In this document: positions 20,152-32,000 of the stretch, piece by piece
Numbering within the stretch: the first letter of the stretch is position 1
Layout of the letters: each line of letters begins with the position of its first letter
Assembly: GCF_001457595.1 (NCBI RefSeq)
Contig: NZ_LN831039.1
Location: 4,320,001-4,352,000 of the forward strand
DNA: 32,000 nt
Direction of reading: 5' to 3'
Source of the DNA: Mycolicibacterium smegmatis
Lineage (GTDB): Bacteria > Actinomycetota > Actinomycetes > Mycobacteriales > Mycobacteriaceae
Notes under the pieces: model-generated
Told to the model about the DNA's origin: nothing
Seen by the model: only the letters and a program-made list of their open reading frames with translations
Database searches by the model: none
Program-made: the position numbers and the translations under genes

Positions 20152-20532
20152 TCAGGCAACTCCCGGCTCACCCTTGCGGTGGATCGGCACGAGACGCAAG
20201 CGCGGTGCAAGGCCTGCTTCCGCAAGGACTTCCAGCGCCCGGCGTTCGTCGTCCAGCAACTTTCCCGGCACACCCAGCAACACACTCACGACACAGTCCT
20301 GACAGCCCGCACCGCGTACCGCGCAGTCGTCACAGTCGATGGTCACACTACCGGTCTCGGGTGCCTGCTCGACCATGGCGTCCCAGTCGTCGCAGTACTC
20401 CCTGACTTCCTGTGAGACGGGACCTGCTTTGTCCCAGTCGTTGTCCCGTTCGTTGTCCCAGTGGTTGTCCCGGTCGTCGCGCCAGCCGTCCCGGTCATCC
20501 CAACCGGGCAGCCTCTGCTGCATTCCACTCAT
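20152..20532 (-). CDS. Small protein: N-terminal W/D/R tetrapeptide repeats plus a C-terminal CxxC...CxxC domain
   Basis: From ATG 20532 the product is MSGMQQRLPGWDDRDGWRDDRDNHWDNERDNDWDK...TIDCDDCAVRGAGCQDCVVSVLLG...LDDERRALEVLAEAGLAPRLRLV. The C-terminal half resembles short conserved actinobacterial hypothetical proteins. GAGAGGA lies 9 nt upstream. The ORF-track start at 20655 is an extension. Confidence 0.6.
   Translation of the reverse strand: MSGMQQRLPGWDDRDGWRDDRDNHWDNERDNDWDKAGPVSQEVREYCDDWDAMVEQAPETGSVTIDCDDCAVRGAGCQDCVVSVLLGVPGKLLDDERRALEVLAEAGLAPRLRLVPIHRKGEPGVA
20428..20475 (-). repeat. Four tandem 12-nt units inside the small CDS
   Basis: The plus strand reads tttgtcccagtc gttgtcccgttc gttgtcccagtg gttgtcccggtc, followed by two degenerate units up to 20499. 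The units encode DRDN/HWDN/ERDN/DWDK. Confidence 0.85.
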
Positions 20533-20659
20533 CCTTGACCGTCCTCTCGATCGGTGTTTGCGCGACCGTATCGCCGGCCACCGACATTGATGTTGTTCAG
20601 CCGATCGCGGTTGACAATGAGGCAGCCCGTCCGCTGCTGGTGGTGACCCTCGCACTGAC

Positions 20660-22060
20660 TGACGCCCTACTGGGTTGTCCTTGACTTGATCTGTCCCACC
20701 AGTGGCGGGTGGGTTGCTCCATAAGCTCCCGGTAGAGCGGACATGACCTAATCAGGAGCCTGGCAGTTCCCTCTTCAATGTCTTGTCTGCCCGCCCTACC
20801 AGGGTGTCACACCGCAACCGCCGGTGAACACCGGCAGAAGGGCACCACCATCGTGACACCGTCACAGATCGTCGTCATCGGCGCCGATACTCACCTCGAC
20901 ACCATCCACCTTGCCGCTTTGTCTGAGACGGGCAAACCTCTCGGCGATGCTGAGTTTCCCACCCGCCCATCGGGTTACTACGTTGCGGTCAAATGGGCGC
21001 AGAGCTTCGGCACGGTCACCCTTGCTGGGGTGGAAGGCACCAATTCCTATGGGGCCGGCCTGACCCGGGCGCTGCAAGACGGCGGCATCGACGTCGTCGA
21101 GGTCAACCGGCCCGACCGCGCTGCGCGCCGACGCCGCGGCAAGTCCGACCCACTGGATGCCTACGCCGCAGCCCGCACGGCGTTGTCCGGGCACGGACTG
21201 GCTGCCCCTAAAGACGAACGCACCCTAGCCCTCAGTGCGCTGCTGACCGCCCGCCGAGGCGCTGTTAAGGCCCACACCGCTGCCACCAATCAGATTCAAT
21301 CGCTGTTGGTAACTGCACCATCTGAACTGCGGGAATGCTACCGCCGCTACACCACCAGAGGCCTGGTCAAAGAACTGGCTCGCTGTCGTCCCACCGCTCA
21401 CACCGACCCCACCGCCGTCGCCGTGCTCACCGCGTTGAAGGCCCTCGCCTACCGTGCGCAGTTCCTCCATCACCAAGAACACGAACTTACCGAGCAGATC
21501 CACACCCTGACCCAGCAGATGAACCCCGGACTGCGCGCCGCGCACGGTGTCGGACCCGACACCGCCGCCGCATTGCTGATCACCGCCGGCATGAACCCGC
21601 ACCGACTGCGCAGCGAAGCCGCCTTCGCCGCCCTATGCGGCGCAGCGCCTGTGCCCGCCTCTTCGGGTAAGACCACCCGCCACCGACTCTCCCGCGGTGG
21701 CGACCGCACAGCAAACAACGCGCTCTACCGAATCGCGTTGGTTCGAATGTCCAACGATCCCCGCACCCGTGACTACGTAGCCCGTCAAACGGCCAACGGT
21801 CGCAGCAAGATCGAGATCATCCGACTGCTCAAACGCGCCGTTGCCCGTGAAGTCTTCCGCCTGCTCAGCCAACCCTGCGCCATCGACGACTACAGCGACC
21901 TTCGACCCGCCCGGCAAGCGAAGAACATCACCTTGACCACCGTCGCCAACCACCTCGACGTCTGGCCCAACGACATCTCCCGCCTCGAACGCGGACTCAA
22001 ACGCGACGACACCCTCGCCGCCAACTACCGCGAGTACCTCAGCGCCGCTTGACCCGTAAC
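20660..22060 (+). mobile_element. IS110-family insertion sequence (boundaries approximate)
   Basis: A single DEDD-type transposase gene sits with about 190 bp of lower-GC non-coding sequence upstream and almost none downstream, as expected for the IS110 group. No terminal inverted repeats were recognised. It interrupts the otherwise conserved mycobacterial gene order between the ripC side and the Rv2191-like gene. The ends cannot be fixed without a second copy or an empty site. Confidence 0.75.
20853..22052 (+). CDS. IS110-family (DEDD / Transposase_20) transposase with a C-terminal HTH-like extension
   Basis: N-terminal DEDD motifs are present ([28 protein letters not shown]). So is the Transposase_20 signature ([35 protein letters not shown]). 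The C-terminal ~45 aa ([28 protein letters not shown]) looks like an XRE-type HTH. GTG 20853 is the likely start; the ORF track begins at 20778. Confidence 0.9.
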   Translation: MTPSQIVVIGADTHLDTIHLAALSETGKPLGDAEFPTRPSGYYVAVKWAQSFGTVTLAGVEGTNSYGAGLTRALQDGGIDVVEVNRPDRAARRRRGKSDPLDAYAAARTALSGHGLAAPKDERTLALSALLTARRGAVKAHTAATNQIQSLLVTAPSELRECYRRYTTRGLVKELARCRPTAHTDPTAVAVLTALKALAYRAQFLHHQEHELTEQIHTLTQQMNPGLRAAHGVGPDTAAALLITAGMNPHRLRSEAAFAALCGAAPVPASSGKTTRHRLSRGGDRTANNALYRIALVRMSNDPRTRDYVARQTANGRSKIEIIRLLKRAVAREVFRLLSQPCAIDDYSDLRPARQAKNITLTTVANHLDVWPNDISRLERGLKRDDTLAANYREYLSAA

Positions 22061-22152
22061 ACGAATAGGAGCATCAAGCCATCCACGGTTGCGATCGCGA
22101 CACCGTCCGATCCGAGCGGCGCGGCGCGCCGCGCGATGTCGGTGGGGTTCCC

Positions 22153-22158
22153 TAACGT
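22153..22158 (+). promoter_or_regulatory. Candidate -10 box (TAACGT) for a leaderless Rv2191-like mRNA
   Basis: TAACGT + 7 nt (catcgcc) + ATG 22166, with no Shine-Dalgarno. Confidence 0.4.
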
Positions 22159-23917
22159 CATCGCCATGAGCCAGCGCAGCACCGCCGTCGGCGCGCAGCT
22201 CTCGCTGGACATGGAGCTGGAAAGAGATGTGTCCCTGGCGGACACCACGTTCGTCGTCGTCGACCTCGAGACCACCGGCGGGCGCGCCAAGGCCACCGCA
22301 CCGGGCGGCCTGTGCGACGCCATCACCGAGATCGGCGCGGTCAAGGTCCGCGGCGGTGAGGTGCTCGGCGAGCTCGCGACGCTCGTCGACCCGGGCCGCG
22401 CCATCCCGCCGCAGATCGTCGAGCTCACCGGGATCACCACGGCGATGGTGCGCGACGCGCCGCGCATCGATGCCGTGCTGCCGATGTTCCTGGAGTTCGC
22501 GCGCGGCGCGGTGCTCGTGGCGCACAACGCGGGATTCGACATCGGCTTCCTGCGCGCGGCAGCCGAACGCACGCAGCTCACCTGGCCGCGCCCGCCCGTG
22601 CTGTGCACCGTGAAGCTCGCGCGCCGTGTGCTCACGCGTGACGAGGCACCCAGCGTGCGGCTGTCCGAACTCGCGCGGCTGTTCGGTGCGTCGACCACGC
22701 CGACGCACCGCGCGCTCGACGACGCGCGGGCCACGGTCGACGTGCTGCACGGGCTCATCGAGCGTGTCGGCAACCAGGGTGTGCACACGCTGGCCGATCT
22801 GCGGGCGTACCTGCCCGACACCACCCCCGCGCAGCGGCGCAACCGCGCACTGGCCGACGGCCTGCCGAACCGGCCGGGGGTGTACCTGTTCCGCGGCCCG
22901 TCCGACGAGGTGCTCTACGTCGGCACCGCGGTCGATCTGCGTCGCCGGGTCCGGCAGTACTTCACCGGGGCCGACCCGCGGGCCCGCATGAAGGAGATGG
23001 CCTCACTGGCCACCCGCGTCGACCACGTCGAGTGCGCGCACGATCTGGAGGCCGGGGTGCGCGAGCTGCGCCTGCTCGCCGCGCACGCCCCGCCGTACAA
23101 CCGTCGCTCCAAGGCGCCCAAGCGCTGGTGGTGGGTGGCCTTGACCGACGAGCCGTTCCCCCGGCTGTCGGCGGTTCGAGATCCCAGGCACCGCAAGGCC
23201 ATCGGACCGTTCTCGGCGCGATCCGACGCCGTCGAGACCGCGGATCTGCTGGCACGGTTCACCGGTGTGCGCACGTGTACGTCTCGATTCGGCGCGACGG
23301 GGATCCACCGCTGCCCGGAACGCGAGCTGTCACCGTGCCCGGCCACGCAGGGCGCAGGCGCCGACGAGTACGCCGCGGCCGCGCGGCGCGCCGCTGATCT
23401 GATCGACGGCGCGGACAGCGCCGTGCTGGCCGACGTGCTGATGCACATCGAGCAGCTCGCGGCCGACAGCCGCTACGAGAAGGCCGCACGGGTCCGCGAC
23501 CACGCCGCGGTGGCGATCGACACGTTGTGGCGCGGCCAGCGCCTGCAGACGCTCACGTCGCTTCCCGAACTGGTCGCCGCCCGTCGTGACGGCAACGGCG
23601 GCTGGCATTTCGCGGTCGTGCGGTACGGGCAGCTCGCAGGCGCAGGCACCGCACGCCGCGGGGTGCCGCCCATGCCGGTCGTCGACGCGATCTGCGCGGC
23701 GGCCCAGGTGGTCATGCCGACCGCGGAGCCGCTGGGCGGGGCGCTCGTCGAGGAGACCGCGCTCATCGCGCGCTGGCTGGCCGCACCCGACGTCCGCATC
23801 GTGCGGACCGTCAGCCAGACCGACGCGGGCTGGGCGACGCCGATCGGCGCGGCAGGCCGCTACGCACAGTGGGCCGCCACGGCCCGTTCGGCACGGCTGG
23901 CAGCGCAGCAGGACCGC

Positions 23918-29422
<5,505 letters not shown>

Positions 29423-29437
29423 TCGCCGAGTTACTCG

Positions 29438-29480
29438 GATCGCCGCAATTCCTCTTCGGAGGGGTTGCGGCGATCTTTTT
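29438..29480 (+). terminator. Strong intrinsic terminator after qcrB
   Basis: GAUCGCCGCAAUUCCUC-UUCG-GAGGGGUUGCGGCGAUC forms a 17-bp stem (including two G.U pairs) with a UUCG tetraloop. UUUUU (29476-29480) follows immediately. It begins 16 nt after the qcrB stop. Confidence 0.85.
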
Positions 29481-29543
29481 ATGTGCGCTCTCCTGTGCGC
29501 CACTCCCCTACCCCACCGGATCTCGGCCGTGCGCGCTCCGTCC

Positions 29544-29815
29544 GCGTTCGTAACGCCACGGCGCTCCCGAACGCGATTCTCCGCCACTGCGTTACAAACG
29601 GCGAGCGACCGCTCGGCACGCCGGGCACCCAAACCCCCACACCCACCGCGTTCGTAACGCCACGGCGCTCCCGAACGCGATTCTCCGCCACTGCGTTACA
29701 AACGGCGAGCGACCACTGGGCACGCCGGGCACCCAAACCCCCACACCCACCGCGTTCGTAACGCCACGGCGCTCCCGAACGCGATTCTCCGCCACTGCGT
29801 TACGAACGGCGAGCG
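29544..29815. repeat. 104-bp tandem repeat, about 2.6 copies
   Basis: Units begin at 29544, 29648 and 29752. Units 1 and 2 differ at 2 of 104 positions. Unit 3 matches for 64 nt with 1 mismatch and then diverges. Each unit starts with the palindrome GCGTTCGTAACGC and carries CGAACGC and GCGTTAC(A/G)AACGGCG, which can pair with it. Confidence 0.95.
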
Positions 29816-30000
29816 GGCGCCAGACACACAGGCATATGCCGGGTGGCAGGCACACATACGAACACACGTGCACCCTCAGACACCACGGGCGTGCGCCAAA
29901 TGCCCACCCCGAGCGGCGTGTCGCGGAGCTGACACGCACGCTCGCGGTGCAAATGGCCGCCCGCCCGCCAGCCCGAACTGCAACCGCGGAACGCGAGAAG

Positions 30001-30564
30001 CTAGGCGGCAGAGCGGTCGAGCTCGCGGATGGCGATGATGGGCAGTGCGATCATGCCGAGGGTCACCAGGCCGGCCAGGCCGTAGGCGCACCACGCCGCC
30101 GTGCTGTGATCGGTGGCCAGCAGATAGGTGCCGAGGCCGATGACCGCGGTGGCCACGCCCAGCGCACAGGTCACCGACAGCACGAAGCGCAGCCACACCT
30201 TCTCCACGAACGCGGTGGCCACGGCATCCTGCCGATAGGTCGGCGCGGTGTAGCCGACACGTCGCGGCGCGACGGGCTCACGGCGGGGCCCCTGGCTGCG
30301 GGCGGGCGGGCGGCTGTCGGCCTGGGCCCGCGCACGCAGCAGCAGTGGGATCGCCGCGGCGATCACCAACACCGAGATCCCGATGACGGTGTACAGCAGC
30401 CACGGCGTCTCGGTGGATTCCACGGCCTGTGTGTGGCCACGGCCGAGGTCGACGAGGGCCACCAGCGCCGCCACACCCGCTCCGAGCGCGGCCAGCCACG
30501 CGACCGCGCAGGCTCCGGCCAGGATGCGGTCGGTGGTGTTCAGTTCGGCGAACGGGCTCGTCAT
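30001..30564 (-). CDS. Conserved membrane protein (Rv2197c-like)
   Basis: 187 aa with four predicted TM helices. Its start overlaps the mmpS3 stop by 1 nt (TGATG). It occupies the syntenic position. Confidence 0.8.
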   Translation of the reverse strand: MTSPFAELNTTDRILAGACAVAWLAALGAGVAALVALVDLGRGHTQAVESTETPWLLYTVIGISVLVIAAAIPLLLRARAQADSRPPARSQGPRREPVAPRRVGYTAPTYRQDAVATAFVEKVWLRFVLSVTCALGVATAVIGLGTYLLATDHSTAAWCAYGLAGLVTLGMIALPIIAIRELDRSAA

Positions 30565-31457
30565 CAGCAGGCAGTCTGCGCCGAGTTGTTGGCGTTGGAG
30601 GACAGCACGGTTCCGTCACTCGCGGTGATCGAGCAGTTCAGCCGGCTCACCAAAAACAGGCTGGAGGCCTCGACCGATCCGACATCCGAGTTGGAGATGG
30701 GCGTCATCGTGAAAGTCCATGGGATGTACACATTGCGCAGCGTACGGCGGTTACCGTTGCCATCCACGTAGGTGATGGTGATGATGTCGCCCGGCGCCTT
30801 CGTACCGGTCACCGAGTAGGTGACCTGTCGCGGACCGGCCGGCGGCGTGGTCGTCGTGGCCGGCGGCGCGGTGGTGGTCGCGGGAGGCGGCGCGGGTTCC
30901 TCCGAACTCGGCGGCGGCGCGGGGGCCGGCGGCGGCTCGGTGATCGTCACGGTCTCGGGCGGAGGCGGCGGTGGCGCCTCCTCTGACGGCGGAGGCGGCG
31001 GTGGCGGCTCGACCGGCGGCGGTGTGGTGGTGGTGATCTCGTCCTGCACCGGCGGCGCCGACGACGTCGTCGTGCTGGGCCGCGGCGTGGCCAGGTTGCT
31101 GGTCTGGTCGTCACGCGCGACGAGAAGCGCTACCGACGCCACGAGTGCGATGGCCGCGATGATGGCGGTGACACCGACCACCCACGGCCAGCGCGGCGGC
31201 GGACCCTCGACCAGCTCGGAGGCCGGGTCGTAGTTGTCGTAGTCATAGAGCGCCACGTCGGCAGGCACGTAGGGACCAGCGGTGTACTGTTCGGCCTCCG
31301 GCGCGGAGTACGCCTGGGAGTAGAACTCGGTCTCACCGGTCTCCGGGTCGGTACCGGACACCTGGGTGGGTTCCTCAGGTACAGCGTGCTTTCCGGGTGT
31401 CTGATCCGGCAGATCCGAACCATTTGCATCCGGTTCCGTGGGATTCGGCCCGCTCAT
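30564..31457 (-). CDS. mmpS3: MmpS-family membrane protein MmpS3
   Basis: The order is an N-terminal cytoplasmic region, one TM helix, a long Pro/Thr-rich linker and a C-terminal MmpS domain ([40 protein letters not shown]...). AAGGA lies upstream of ATG 31457. Syntenic with Rv2198c. Confidence 0.88.
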   Translation of the reverse strand: MSGPNPTEPDANGSDLPDQTPGKHAVPEEPTQVSGTDPETGETEFYSQAYSAPEAEQYTAGPYVPADVALYDYDNYDPASELVEGPPPRWPWVVGVTAIIAAIALVASVALLVARDDQTSNLATPRPSTTTSSAPPVQDEITTTTPPPVEPPPPPPPSEEAPPPPPPETVTITEPPPAPAPPPSSEEPAPPPATTTAPPATTTTPPAGPRQVTYSVTGTKAPGDIITITYVDGNGNRRTLRNVYIPWTFTMTPISNSDVGSVEASSLFLVSRLNCSITASDGTVLSSNANNSAQTAC

Positions 31458-31545
31458 CTACGCCTATCCTTCTCGACTGCTTCACCGCCACCTGCGTCGG
31501 CCTCGGACCGCACACATTCGGCAGTGCCCCGGCAACATTACCCAA

Positions 31546-31576
31546 CCGGCACCGCCGATGAGATCGACGGTGCCGG
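31546..31576 (-). terminator. Stem-loop downstream of ctaF (possible terminator or processing/stability element)
   Basis: CCGGCACCG-N13-CGGUGCCGG is a perfect 9-bp GC-rich stem, 57 nt after the ctaF stop. On the minus strand UUGGGUAAUGUU follows, which is only a weak U-tract. Confidence 0.35.
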
Positions 31577-31632
31577 GTGTCGAGTGATTCGACGTCTTGA
31601 TTGTGACCTTGACCAGGCGGTAAGGCGAGGAC

Positions 31633-32000
<368 letters not shown>

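Noticed and set aside
20644-22055. A TGACCC hexamer at 20644-20649 and at 22050-22055 as a possible target-site duplication defining a 1406-bp IS.
   Set aside because: A 6-mer match within the roughly 50-bp uncertainty windows on each side is expected by chance. IS110-family elements typically do not make such duplications. The right-hand copy is just the transposase stop codon region.
22053-22165. A LexA SOS box (TCGAAC-N4-GTTCGA) or RecA-independent DNA-damage promoter motif (TTGTCRGTG-N8-TANNNT) upstream of the Rv2191-like nuclease gene.
   Set aside because: Neither motif is visible by eye in this interval. The near-match TTGTCCTTG at about 20675 on the far side of the IS lacks the -10 part. 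No call is made.
29544-29815. A CRISPR array as an explanation for the regular repeats after qcrB.
   Set aside because: The 104-bp units are directly adjacent with no unique spacers. The unit is far longer than CRISPR repeats, and no cas genes are present in the window.
29465-29939. ORFs within the repeat region (98 aa and 131 aa on plus, 85 aa and 115 aa on minus) that show repeated peptides such as FVTPRRSRTRFSATALQTASD.
   Set aside because: The internal peptide repetition simply mirrors the DNA tandem repeat. There are no RBS or start signals and no recognisable domains. The ORFs lie downstream of a strong terminator on the plus strand.
30820-31233. A Gly-rich 137-aa plus-strand ORF ([22 protein letters not shown]...).
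   Set aside because: It is the antisense image of the Pro-rich linker of mmpS3 (CCN codons read as GGN), so it is not an independent gene.

Overview
This is a GC-rich actinobacterial chromosome segment. Gene content and order match the conserved mycobacterial core block that runs from Rv2166c (mraZ) to Rv2199c (ctaF) in M. tuberculosis. The proteins look like those of a fast-growing Mycobacterium/Mycolicibacterium (M. smegmatis-like). That assignment comes from recalled protein sequences, not from a database search.

I call 32 protein genes:
- Left end: mraZ (5' part, missed by the ORF track), a DUF3040 protein, a GNAT acetyltransferase and lppM.
- Cell envelope and signalling: idsA2-like prenyl synthase, mptA, and the divergent Rv2175c-like regulator / pknL pair.
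- An aroG / Rv2179c-type exoribonuclease / membrane protein operon, the Rv2181-type alpha(1->2) mannosyltransferase and a PlsC-type acyltransferase.
- A module of two SRPBCC proteins, an ArsA-like ATPase and a small Cys protein.
- fadD15, pimB', a Peptidase_MA-like protein and ripC.
- A small W/D/R-repeat 4-Cys protein and an IS110-family transposase.
- A DEDDh-exonuclease/GIY-YIG fusion (Rv2191-like) and trpD.
- The ctaE-qcrCAB respiratory operon, an Rv2197c-like membrane protein, mmpS3 and ctaF (partial).

The only clearly accessory element is one IS110-family insertion in a divergent promoter region. I saw no rRNA, tRNA or CRISPR. The many long ORFs antisense to real genes are high-GC shadow ORFs.

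I do not see a convincing new multi-gene (for example defence) system. The leads most worth a second look are:
1. Phased GTGGGG-box arrays upstream of mraZ: a candidate MraZ operator plus inverted distal arrays that include a textbook G-quadruplex motif.
2. The 5' non-coding end of the IS110 element as a candidate bridge RNA.
3. A 104-bp tandem repeat (2.6 copies) with internal palindromes in an unusually long convergent intergenic region after qcrB.
4. Tandem 24-25 bp duplications at two convergent gene junctions.
5. A recurrent '-10 hexamer + 6-8 nt + start codon' leaderless architecture.
6. Two poorly understood conserved units: the SRPBCC/ArsA-like/Cys module and the W/D/R-repeat 4-Cys protein.
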